This document shows, piece by piece, positions 53,767-63,930 of a DNA stretch of 64,000 nt; the first letter of the stretch is position 1, and every line of letters begins with the position of its first letter. The translations under genes were made by a program, and so were the position numbers. The notes beneath the pieces were generated by a model. That model saw only the letters and a list, made by a program, of their open reading frames with translations, was not told the DNA's origin and searched no databases. This DNA comes from an uncultured Alphaproteobacteria bacterium (GTDB taxonomy: Bacteria; Pseudomonadota; Alphaproteobacteria; Dongiales; Dongiaceae), in contig CAVRUJ010000001.1 of NCBI GenBank assembly GCA_963724385.1, positions 1,154,896 through 1,218,895 of the forward strand. Reading direction: 5' to 3'.

Positions 53767-55396
53767 CGGGCACCGGCGACGTTTCCCGGGCCATCGAAGA
53801 GGCGGCGCTGCCGCCCGACAATCGCGAGCTCGCCAAGGAACCGCGCAACGACATCGGCAACGGTCGACGCTTGCTGGCCCGCCACGGCCAGGACTTGTTC
53901 GACGTGGCAGAGGCGGGCTGGCACGTCTGGAACGGCAAGCGCTGGGAACTGAGCGCGGGCAGCGTGGCGGCCCTGGGCCCGAGGTGTTGCGCCTGGCCCA
54001 CTTGACGGCCCTTGGCATCGCGGACGAGGCCGACGCGGTCAGCAAAAGCGCGCCGAAACTTCCGCCGGCCGAAGACGAAAGCGAGGAGGCGAAGCGGCTC
54101 CGCGAGCTGCATGACGCACTTCTGGCTGGCAACCAATCATCGCAAGTTCGGCATCCTCAGCGGCAACCAAGGCAAGATCGAGGGGATGTTGAAGACGACG
54201 GCGCCCTATCTCCGACGCAAGCCCGACGACTTCGATCGCGATCCCTATCTCTTCAATTGCGACAACGGCACGTTACGCCTCGGCGCCGACCAGGTGGAGA
54301 TCAAGGCCCACGCCCGCAGCGACCTGATCACGCATCTATCGCCGACCGTCTTCGATCCAGAAGCCTCCTGTCCGCTATTCCGCAAATACCTCGACCGCGT
54401 GCAGCCCGATCCCAACCAGCAACGCTTCCTGCAGGTCTGGTTCGGCTATTGCCTGTCGGGCCTGATCGTCGAACAGGTCCTGGCCATCCACCATGGGACG
54501 GGATCCAACGGCAAGTCGGTGCTGCTGGCACTCCTAATGTTCATTTTCGGCGATTACGCCGCCACGGTCCCGGTCGAGTCTTCATGCAGGAGCGCGAAGC
54601 GCGCGGCGGCGGCGAGGCGACGCCTGATATCGCCCGCCTGCCAGGCAAGCGCCTGGTCGTGGTCAGCGAGCCCGAGAAGAACGCGCGGCTTGCTGAATTC
54701 GTCGTCAAGACCGCAACCGGTGGAGGCAAGATGAACGCCCGCCGGCTGTTCGAGGGACAGTTCGAATTCGAGCCCGTGCTCAAGCTCAACATCGACTGCA
54801 ACGCGAAGCCGATCATCACCGGCAACGATGAAGGGATCTGGCGGCGCGTGCTGATGGCCGACTGGCCGGAGTTCATTTCCAAGGCGGAGGCGGACAAGCA
54901 CCTCATCGACAAGCTCAAGGGCGAGGCGAGCGGGGTGCTCAACTGGCTACTCGACGGCTGGCGCATGTATCGCGAGGACGGCCTTTGGCTGCCGGACAGC
55001 GTGCTCGCCGCGACGGAGGAATACCGGGCCGAGAGCGACCCATTGCGCCAGTTCATCACCAGCTGCCTCAAGAAAGCGCCTGGCCAACGGATCGCCCGCG
55101 GGCGGCTCTATGCCGCCTATGAGAAGTGGTGCAGGGGCAGCGGGCTCGAACCGATGAAGGGCAACGCCTTCGGCCGGGCTATGACGCAGGTCGGCATCCG
55201 GCGCGAGACGATCGGCGTGACCTTCTATTGCGACGTTCGAACTGGTCGAGGCAGCGATGGAACAATCTGGAGGAATGGAGCAATCCGGCCTTCTGGCCCG
55301 ATCCGCCGCCGCGATAGCGCTGTTTGGAGACGGCCCGGGGCCATTTGGAGGAAAATTGCTCCATTCCTCCAGATTGTTCCACCGACAAGTGGTTGA
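53763..55396 (+). pseudogene. P4/D5-type primase-helicase (NTPase), frameshifted at least 3 times
   Basis: NDIGNGRRLLARHGQDLF..WHVWNGKRWE, then DPYLFNCDNGTLRL...FLQVWFGYCLSG...HHGTGSNGKSV (Walker A), then RLVVVSEPEKNARL...KLNIDCNAKPIITGNDEGIWRRV. These lie in alternating frames. The 3' end reads through the iteron field, so the true stop is uncertain. Confidence 0.7.
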
Positions 55397-55523
55397 TGGC
55401 AAACGACTTTGGAGCATCGGAGCAATTGGAGCAATTCCGCGCGCGCACGCGAGACATAGAAGGGCACTTTTCATGAGTTCTCTCATGTGTATGGGGAATT
55501 CCTCCAATTCCTCCATTCCTCCA
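55259..55523. repeat. iteron field with a 26-bp perfect inverted repeat (candidate phage replication origin)
   Basis: GGAACAATCTGGAGGAATGGAGCAAT (55259-84) has its exact reverse complement at 55355-80. There are 7 forward TGGAG/CGGAG and 5 reverse CTCCA cores in 8-9-nt tandem spacing. A lower-GC segment carries CATGAG ttct CTCATG (55472-87). Confidence 0.6.
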
Positions 55524-55543
55524 GTAAGGGAGAAGCAGCGAAC

Positions 55544-56121
55544 ATGCCGATCGACCGTAGGGGTAAAACCACCCCGAGCCAGCCCCAAATCGACGCTGTG
55601 GCCGGCATCGTGTTCCAGATCGCCAGCTGTTCGGAAGGGGGCGCTCGCCGTTGGGCGCTGCAGATCATCAAGGCCTATGCGGCGGCCGGAGCGCCGGTTG
55701 CGGCGCCAGCGAACGGCGAACACCGGATCAACGGGCAACGCGCCAGCCTGACCCGGGAGCAAATCAAGGACATGTTGCGCGAGGCCGCCCTGACGCTCCG
55801 CAGGCTCCGGCATTCAACCGCGATCGGCCCATGGAACTCCGCGCGGCATGGCCCGACGTGGTTCGAGCGACCTGGGATGCCTATGAGCGCGACGGCCGCG
55901 AGACCCCGGATGGCCCCGCGACGCCAGGCCAGATCGCAGCGCTGGACCGCGTGCTGCCCTGGCTCTTTTTGCTGGGGCCCAAAAACCGAGTGCTGGTCTG
56001 GGCCCGCGCGGAACGGGTTCCCTGGCGCAAGCTGGAGCGTCGGTTTGACCGGAATGAGCGGACGCTGCTGCTTTGGTACGACGCCGCGCTAGAGATAATT
56101 CGAACCAGAGCCAAAATATAG
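55544..56121 (+). pseudogene. phage regulatory/HTH-like protein (DUF6362-like from memory), one frameshift
   Basis: ATG at 55544 with AAGGGAGAAG upstream. After about 55800 the second frame reads ELRAAWPDVVRATWDAYERDGRETPDGPATPGQIAALDRVLPWLFLL..RVPWRKLERRFDRNERTLLLWYDAALEII. Confidence 0.45.
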
Positions 56122-56136
56122 TTGCGGCTTCTGCGC

Positions 56137-56156
56137 GAAATCTATATGTAGATTTC
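56137..56156. promoter_or_regulatory. perfect palindrome in an AT-richer spacer ahead of the packaging genes
   Basis: GAAATCTA tatg TAGATTTC, an 8-bp perfect arm pair. Confidence 0.35.
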
Positions 56157-56244
56157 CCTATCGTGAACAGCATCGCGCCCGCCCGGCGACTCGGCCGCGG
56201 CGGGCGTCGCATTTCTGGCCCCTTTCATCCCTGGAGATAGCCAT

Positions 56245-56904
56245 GTGACCGCGCCCGTCACGATCTCGATCCGTGCCGATGTGAAGGGTCTCCAGCGCCA
56301 GCTCGACCGTCTGGCTAACAGCCAACTGCCCTTCGCCACGGCACTGGCGCTGACTGCCCTGGCCAAGCGGGTGGCCGCTTCCGAGACTGCGGCGCTCTCC
56401 ACTGTCTTCGAGAACCCGACTGCCTTCACGAAGCGAGCCTTTGGCGTCCTGCCGGCGCGCAAGGCGACGCTCACGGCGGTGGTCTTCGCCAAGGATATCC
56501 AGGCCGCTTACCTGGCCCCGTCGGAGCAGGGGACACCGCAGTATCTAGGCAAAGGCCGGCGGATCAGGACGCCGGTCAATATCAACACCAACGTTTCGGG
56601 CAACATCCCCAAGGGCTCAATCCAACGATTGCTTGCTCGGCCCGGCGTATTCCTCGGCACGATCAATGGCGTGAATGGTCTGTGGCAGCGCGTCGGTTCG
56701 CCGAAGCGCGCCGGGCGACGGACACGCCGCATTGCTGGCAACGAGCGGCCACACAAACTTCGCCTGCTCGTCGCCTTCACCAGGCCGAAGCCGATCTCGA
56801 CGCGGCTCGAATATCATCAGCGGGCGCGTGCCGTCATCGCTGCCGGCTTTGATGAGGAATTCAGCGTGGCAATGCGCCGCGCGCTTGCCACCGTTCGCCT
56901 CTAA
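56245..56904 (+). CDS. phage protein resembling the minor tail protein Z (gpZ) family
   Basis: GTG at 56245 with GGAGA upstream. The frame is intact for 219 aa. DVKGLQRQLDRLANSQLPFATALALTALAKRVA..., ...IPKGSIQRLL... and GLWQRVG resemble the lambda Z pattern (recollection, unverified). Confidence 0.45.
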   Translation: MTAPVTISIRADVKGLQRQLDRLANSQLPFATALALTALAKRVAASETAALSTVFENPTAFTKRAFGVLPARKATLTAVVFAKDIQAAYLAPSEQGTPQYLGKGRRIRTPVNINTNVSGNIPKGSIQRLLARPGVFLGTINGVNGLWQRVGSPKRAGRRTRRIAGNERPHKLRLLVAFTRPKPISTRLEYHQRARAVIAAGFDEEFSVAMRRALATVRL

Positions 56905-57015
56905 ACAATTTGGGTCCTTCCTGGCGACCAAATCCCCGCGGGCATTTCGCGTGCGCGGTTTTCCACTGTCGCGCATAAGAAAATCCGCCTTCTGTTACCC
57001 ACTGAGGTTTTTGCT

Positions 57016-57601
57016 ATGTCCGCTCTGACGGCCGAGCGTCCCGACGGCCGCATCCTCGCCAACAAGCGGGAGTTGGCGCGCATCCTGCGCTGCTCGTTGC
57101 CGACCTTGGCGAAGCTGATCGACGATAATCCCGACTTCCCGGTCGTGGGCCGCGGATCGAACGGCGTCGAATGGCAGTTCGACGCCGAGCGCGTTATCGA
57201 GTTCATCCGGGAGAAGCGGGACAAGCCCGCGACCAGCGCAACAATCGCTCGAGGAGAAGGCCGCCTATTTCGGCCAGTTCTCGCTGCCGATCGACGACGT
57301 GGTGCCGGAAGAGGCGAAGGGTCTGAGCCCGACGCAGCGGGCCAGCGTTGCGAAGGCCCGCCTGATCGAACGCAAGCTCGCGGTCGAGACGGGCATGCTG
57401 GTGCCCGTCGCGGAGCTGCGTCAGATACTACAGGGCGCGTTCATGAAGCTGGGCCGCTCGCTCGACGGACTGCCGGTCCTGCTGGCGCGCCAGCATGGCC
57501 TACCGGAGGAGGTGGCCAGGGCCATGCGCTCTTCGATCGACGACTTCCGCCGGACCTTCGTCAACGAGCTCGCCGACGTCCTACGGGACGACGAAGCATG
57601 A
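57016..57601 (+). pseudogene. terminase small subunit (HTH N-terminus), one frameshift
   Basis: ANKRELARILRCSLPTLAKLIDDNPDFPVV..EWQFDAERVIEFIREKRD, then after about 57240 a second frame reads QSLEEKAAYFGQFSLPIDDVVPEEAKGLSPTQRASVAKARLIERKL... Confidence 0.6.
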
Positions 57602-59679
57602 GCGAACTCGCCGAGGCGCGGTACTACGCGCCGGCGCGGCTGCTCCGCGAGAGTGTCGCGGCGTTCCTGCCGGCCGACCGGCTCAACGTGGCCGAGCATG
57701 CCGCCCAGCATCGCTGGCTCGCCAACGAAGGCGGCGGCTACGTTGGTCGCTGGCAGCACAGCTGGGTGCCTTACGGGGTCGAGCCGCAGGAGGCGCTCAC
57801 CTCGCTCGATCACATGACCGTCGCCGTGGTCGGGCCCGGACAATCGGCCAAGTCGAGCTTCGGAGAGAACTGGCTCTTCCGGAACATCGATATCGATCCG
57901 GCGGACATGCTGATCTACATGCAGACCGACCAGGCCGTGGAGGCCTTCGTCAAGGGCCGGATCAACCCGATGATCGAGCAGCACCCGCGGATGCGGAACA
58001 AGCTCGGTCTCAATGCGGTCGACGATAGCCTGCACTTCAAGCGGTTTCGGGTATGCGGGTCGAGTTCCTCTCGGCCACGCATTCCAACCTGATCAGCAAG
58101 TCAGCGCCGAGGATCTGGGGCGACGAGATCGACGCCTATGGTGAAGGCCTGGGCGACGTGAAGGCGCTATGGGACGTGCGCCGGCAGACCTTCGGGCGCG
58201 AGTCGATGCTGCTGGTCACGAGCCATCCCGATCTGGCCCGCGGTCTCGATCCCGAGACTTGGACCGCCGGCGTGATGGCGATCTATGCCGACAGCGATCG
58301 CCGGACCTGGTGGTGGCCGTGCCCGGAATGCGGGGCCTGGTCCTCGCCGGTTCCGATCGCCTCGCGGGTGATGCGGATCACCTATCCGGAAGAGGCGCCG
58401 CTGGATGAGGTCGAGCAGGCCGCCCGCCTGCTCTGCCCTGTCTCGGGCTGCCTGATCGAGGATCGACAGCGCCGGGCGATGAACTTGGCCGGCCGCTGGA
58501 TCGGGCTCGGCCAGGAGATCGCTGAGGACGGTACGATCACCGGCGAGCGGGTCAAGCGCGACACGGCCGGGTTCTGGATCGTCGGTCCGATGAGCCCCTT
58601 CGCGCTCGGCGGGATTGGCGGTCTGGCCCGCGCGCGGGCCAAGGCCGAGCGGGAGCTGGCGACGTTGGGCGACGAGGAGAGCCTGCGCCAGGTCATGGTC
58701 AAGCAGTGGGGCGAGCCCATGTCCCGCCGCGCTCTGTCGGTTCGGTCGATGCCTCGACGCTGGCGGAGCGTGCCGACGGCGAGCATGGCCTGAAGCTCGG
58801 TGAGGTCGCCGAGGGCGTGCGCTTCCTCACTGGCGGGATCGATGTCCAGGCCGCGCATTTCGAGGTGATGGTTCGCGGCTGGGGTGAGGCGGGCGAGTCC
58901 TGGATCGTCGACAAGTATCGTCTGCCGGCCGATCCGGCGATCGCATCGGAGGACTGGGACAGGCTTCTGGCCGTCTGCTGACGAAACGCTACCCGCTCGC
59001 CGACGGTAGCGGGCGCGTCATGGCGATCCGGGCGATCGGCTACGATTTGGCGGTGTGCCCGGCGTGACGGCACAAGCCTATGACACGTTCGCGCGATTCC
59101 GCCGGCGGGGTGACGCGCGCAGCTACGGCAAGCTCGACGGGCGCGACGTTCTCGTCGCTGTTGCCGACCAAGGGCAATGCCGGTCCGCTCTCGGCCCGGC
59201 TACAAGTGGTCTATCCGGACTCGGCCCGCAAGGATCGCAAGGTTGCCAGAACTGGCACCGTGCCACTCGGCCTGTTCAACGCGAACCAGTTCAAGGATGA
59301 CCTGGCCGGGCAGCTCGGCCGGGCCATGCCCGGCACTGGTACGTGCATTTCCCGCCGGCGTTGCGCTCCAAGGAGAAGCCGCATGTCTTCTTCGAGCAGC
59401 TCGTCGCCGAGAAGCGCGATGCCCCGGTCGCTGGTCGAAGCCGCACCAGGGGATCCGCAACGAGGCGGCCGACCTGATGGTGATCTCCACGCCATCGCCC
59501 ATCTCCATGGTCTGGGCGGATCGACTGGGCCAAGCCGCCGGCGTGGGCGTCGCCCTGGGACAAGAATTCGATGGTTTCGGCCGGATCGAGGTGGCGCCTG
59601 GCGCGCCGGCGGTGATGCCGCCGCCCTCCGCTCCGGCCGAAGCTTTAAGAAGCGCTCAATCTTGAGCCGGCTTGCATAG
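57598..59679 (+). pseudogene. terminase large subunit, lambda GpA family, frameshifted at least 5 times
   Basis: The ATG at 57598 overlaps the terS stop. Pieces lie in ORFs 57016-58092, 58053-58793, 58706-58981 and 59055/59080/59177-59679. Examples are VVGPGQSAKSS, WWWPCPECGAWS, FLTGGIDVQAAHFEVMVRGWG and NANQFKDDLAGQL. Confidence 0.75.
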
Positions 59680-59686
59680 AGGCCCG

Positions 59687-59950
59687 ATGTATAACCCATC
59701 GACCAGCATCTTCGCCGGAATGTCGACCCAGGCGCTGCAGACCGCGTTGGCGCAGGCGCAGCAGGCCTATATCGATCTTTCGACGGGCGCGAAGGGTGAA
59801 TCGTACAGCTACACCCAAGGCCAGGGCAGCAAGGCCATCACCTATACCCGCGCCAACCTCGGCGCGCTGACCGGGCTGATCAAGCAGCTCCAGGCTCAGC
59901 TCGGCATTGTGCGGCATCCCCGCCACGCTCTCTCGATCGGGTTCCGCTGA
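59687..59950 (+). CDS. gpW-family head-tail joining protein
   Basis: ATG at 59687 with GAGG upstream. MSTQALQTALAQAQQAYIDLSTGAKGESYSYTQGQGSKAITYTRANLGALTGLIKQLQAQLG is typical gpW. Confidence 0.7.
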   Translation: MYNPSTSIFAGMSTQALQTALAQAQQAYIDLSTGAKGESYSYTQGQGSKAITYTRANLGALTGLIKQLQAQLGIVRHPRHALSIGFR

Positions 59951-61627
59951 TGGCTGCCCCGTTTGCCCCGCGCAAGCAGGTGCAGATCCTCGGCGCCGAT
60001 GGCCATCCGCTGCCGCCCCGGCATCCTGGTGCCGCTGGGCGCAAGCTAGCTCTCGCCGGCGGCGCGGGTCATGGTCGGGCGTGCCCTATGACGCCGCCGA
60101 CGTCTGGTCGGATCACATGTCGGCGTGGATGCCGATGCTGTGGTCGGCCGACAACGTCCTCAACCCCTATCGCGACCGGATCGTCGCCCGGACGCGCGAT
60201 GCGGTGCGCAACGACGGTTGGGCGAGGGTGCCGTCACGCGCGTGCTCGACAACGCGATGGCGAATTTCCGGCCGCTCGCAAGCCCGACTATCGTGCGCTG
60301 GCGTCTATAGCGGGATTCAGACGTTCGACGCGGTCTGGGCCGACGAATATGGCCGCGCGCTCAAGGCATGCTGGCGGACCTGGGCCAACGATCCGGGACG
60401 CTGGTGTGACGCCAGCGCGCCATGACTGTCTCGCAGATGTCGTCTGCATTCCGTCACTATCTGGTCGACGGCGAAGGGCTGGGTATCCTCTCTTGGCTGC
60501 GAGAGGGTCGGACAGGTGCTGCTTGGTATGCCACCGCGCTCCAGGTAGTTGATCCGGACCGGCTCGCAATCCCCAGCTCGTGTTCGACGATCGGACCTGC
60601 GCGGCGGGTCGAGGTCGATCGCTTCGGCGCCGCGATGAGCTACTGGATCCGCGCCGCGCTCAGGGCGACTGGTGGGCGGCAGCGGATGCGTGCATTGGGA
60701 GAGGATCCCGCGCGAGACCGCCTGGGGCCGTCCTATCGTGGTGCATGACTTCGATCGCGAGCGGGCCGGCCAGCACCGCAGCAGCGCCGGGACGCTGGCG
60801 CCCGTGCTGAAGCGGCTGAAAATGCTGATTCGGTACGATAGCGCGGAACTCGACGCCGCGATCATCAACGCGATGTTCGGCGCCTACGTCGAGAGCCCGT
60901 TCGATCCGGAAAAGGTGGAGGAGGCGCTGACCAGGCGCAGACGACAATGCTCGGCAGCACCAGAAGCATCGCTCTGACTCGCACAGGGACCGCGACCGGA
61001 TGCTCGGCGGGGCGCGGCTCCCGCTGTTCTACCCCGGCGAGGCGATCAGGGCCGTCACGGCCGAGCAGCCGACCGGACGATTCAGGGGTTCGAGAAGGCG
61101 ATGCTGCACAACGTCTCGGCCGGGCCGGAACGTCGGCGCAGCAGGTCCCGAACGACGGGGCGGACATGGACTACTGCTCGGCCCGAGGCGCGCTGCTGGA
61201 GGTCCTGAAGACGATGGGCCGGCGTCGCGAGGATTTTGCGCCGGGCTTCGGCCAGCCGATCTACGCCGCGTTCGTCGAGGAGTGCATCGAGCTGGACGAA
61301 CTGCCGATGCCGGCGGGCACACCAGATTTCTCGGCGTTCCGCACGGCCTACGGCGATGCTCACTCGATCGGCCCTGGGAAGGGCTGGATGGATTCGGTCG
61401 GCCGAACCCGACGGCGCGATCCTTCGGATGGACGCCGGTCCTGTCGACGCTCGACGAGGAATGCTGCCGACCAGGGGCTGAACCGGAAGCCTGCCTGGAT
61501 CATCGCCGCGATGGAAATCCAGATCTTCAAGGATCGCGGCATCCCAGGGCTCGACCTCGGCCGAGCATGCAAACCCGAGCCGCCTGCATCGCCCCAGTCG
61601 CAGAAGAGTCAATCTCTCCCGGCGTGA
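59950..61627 (+). pseudogene. portal protein, lambda family, frameshifted at least 5 times
   Basis: The ATG at 59950 sits in a TGATG overlap. YDAADVWSDHMSAWMPMLWSADNVLNPYRDRIVARTRDAVRNDGWA and further pieces are scattered over ORFs 59907-60425, 59950-60552, 60422-60748, 60672-60977 and 60947-61627. Confidence 0.7.
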
Positions 61628-62542
61628 CCGCCCCCGCCCCCCCCCCCCCCCCTGGCCCCTCCGGTACATCAGCGGCTTCGCACATCTGGCCCAACGGATC
61701 TTCAACCTCCCGCTCGCGATCCTTCCCGACAAGGCCGAGAAGATCATGGCGGCACTCGCCGAGCGGCTCGGCGTGACCTCGATGTTCCCGGTCGCCGGAT
61801 CGAGCATGCCGCGGCAGCATTGGGCCGACGATTTCACCGTCGACGAGGCGATGAGCGCTCGCATCCGACCACGGCTACGACCTCGCCGCCAGCATCGCGA
61901 TGATACCGGTGACGGGCACACTGGTGCAAAAGACCGGCAGCCTGCGCCCCTGGTCCGGGATGACCGGCTATGACGGCTTACGGCAGGCCTTCCTGACGGC
62001 GCTAGATGATCCGGCGATCGAGGCGGTCTGTCTCAACGTCGACGCCGGGCGGTAAAATCGCCGGTCTGTTCGACCTGGTCGACACAATCTATAAAGCGCG
62101 CGGCGAAAAGCCGGTATGGGCGATCCTGAACGGAAACGCTTGTCGGCCGCCTACGCGATCGCCTCGGCGGCCGATCGGATCATCGTGCCGCGCACCGGCG
62201 CGTCCGGCTCGATCGGGGTCATCGCATGCACGTCGACTGGTCGCAAGCGATCGACAAGGCCGGCCTCAAGGTGACGCTGATCGCCTACGGCAAGAAAAAG
62301 ACCGATGGCCGCCCAGAGCTGCCGCTCGCGGATGAGGCCAGGAAGCGCTGACAGGCCGACATCAACGCGATGGGCGAGCTGTTCACCGATACGGTCGCGC
62401 GCAACCGGTGGCCGCCGCGTCGGGGATGCGCGGACACGAGGCGGGGACGTTCCTGGGCGCGAACGGCGTCGCGGCGCGGCTCGCCGATCAAGTGATGGCG
62501 CCCGACGCCGCCTTTCGGGCCTTGCTCGCCGAGCTGGGCTGA
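61624..62542 (+). pseudogene. S49-family (SppA/ClpP-like) prohead protease, frameshifted at least 4 times
   Basis: The following pieces lie in alternating frames: LAQRIFNLPLAILPDKAEKIMAALAERLG, IAMIPVTGTLVQKTGSLRPWSGMTGYDGLRQAF..AIEAVCLNVDAGG, KIAGLFDLVDTIYKARGEKPVWAILNGNA, SAAYAIASAADRIIVPRTGASGSIGVIA and ADINAMGELFTDTVARN. The start is uncertain (see the poly-C finding). Confidence 0.65.
61637..61652 (+). repeat. 16-nt poly-C homopolymer tract
   Basis: Counted directly: CCCCC G C16 TGG, starting 10 nt after the portal stop codon. Confidence 0.95.
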
Positions 62543-62570
62543 AACCCTTCCCAAAGGAGATCTTAAGACC

Positions 62571-63144
62571 ATGAGTCAAGCGAGCACCTTCGCAATGGGC
62601 GGCCGCCGCGCCGTTCGCCCATCTGTTCGGGACGGGCAAGAAGGCCAAGCCAAGGGCACCACGACGGCGACGACGAAGACGAGTCGGACGAGCGAAGCGA
62701 GCAAGGACGCGCCGAGTCGAGGACGACGAAGACGCGCGGATGAAGACGACGCACGACGACAAGAAGGGCAAGAAGTCGAAAGGCCAAGAAGGCCGACGAA
62801 GGAGGAGCGCGAAGAGGAAGAGGCCAATGCCCGCGGCCGGGGGAGCAAGGCCGAGCGCGCCCGGTGGGCAAGGTGCTCGCCACAAGGCCTCGTGGTGGGC
62901 CGGGTCGGCGTCGCCTGCCAGCTGCTGCAGCGACCTCGGGGATGGTCGTCGGCGAAGATCGTCGCCACGCTCGGCGCCATGCCGGCCGAGGCGGGGGCCG
63001 GGCGCCAGGCTCTATGACCGGATGGACCGCAACGGCCGTGCCAATCCCGGTCATCGGCGCCGACGCCGCAAGGCGCGGGGAACGCCCGCCGGGGCTCGCC
63101 GCAGCGGCCTCGCTGCCGGCCGCAAGGCCCGCGGCGAGGCCTGA
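62571..63144 (+). pseudogene. scaffold-like highly charged protein, frame repeatedly lost
   Basis: ATG at 62571. A Lys/Glu/Arg/Asp-rich middle is followed by ...AKIVATLGAMPAEAGAG... Pieces lie in ORFs 62571-63017, 62740-63144 and 62864-63355. Confidence 0.35.
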
Positions 63145-63229
63145 TCGCCCCAACCCTACCGTGCCCAAACCTCGACGCAGCCGTCAGGGCCAGCCCGGGA
63201 AGCCCGGCGGCCTGACGCTTTCGAAGGAA

Positions 63230-63930
63230 TACTGCCAACCAACTACGGGCACCGACAACCCGCAGGGGACAGCCGGGGATCTCGGCGAGGCCTACTATCC
63301 CGGATCGACTGATCGCGGGCAACATGAAGCTGGTGACGGGCCGGAGATGGCCTGACGGCGCCGCGGCGCCTGATCGCCCGCGGCACGGTGATGGGCCAGG
63401 TCTACGTGGGCGGCCGCGGGGCCGCACCAACCGCCGGCGGCGGCCAACACCGGCGGCGGGGCGATCACCGTGCTCGATGGCACGACGCCGGTCGCGCTGG
63501 CGGCAAGTCCGGCGTCTATGCCCGGCGCGCATGGCCGCGCGCCGCGTTCAGCTCAACGGCGCCGAACTGACGCCGGGCCTGGCCTCGGCGCCACGATTTC
63601 ATCCCAAGCTGCAACTTCACCATCGCCGGGGAGGGGGCTGACCGAGGACGACGCCTTCGTCGCCGGCGACGGTTTCCTGATCCGGTCACGGCCGGCTCGG
63701 GGAGTACCCCGGCGGTGGCGACGGCGATCGACGGCAGCCAGGCGCCGACTGGGATCTGGCCGACGATGTCGACGCGACCGGCAGCAACGTCACCGGCGGC
63801 CTCTACCAGATCGGCGAATTCAACGGGAATGCTGATCACGTCGACGCCAGCTTTACCCTGGCCTCGATCACCGCGCTGCTGCGGCCGCTGGCCATCTTCA
63901 TCAGAACCTTCGTCACGGCGGCGGATCCGA
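63230..63930 (+). pseudogene. head decoration protein-like gene, frameshifted; boundaries approximate
   Basis: DRLIAGNMKLVTG, LIARGTVMGQV, NTGGGAITVLDGTTPVALAA, FVAGDGFLI and AIDGSQAPTGI..DDVDATGSNVTGGLYQIGEFNGNA lie in different frames. Confidence 0.3.

Noticed and set aside
55259-55523. Possible CRISPR array, because of many short repeats
   Set aside because: The units are 8-9 nt, occur on both strands, have no regular 25-40-nt spacers, and no cas genes are nearby. An iteron/origin interpretation fits better.
62576-63532. 318-aa minus-strand ORF in the head-gene region
   Set aside because: Its composition is extremely Arg/Pro/Gly/Ala-rich. It is antisense to the colinear lambda-like head module and has no start context.
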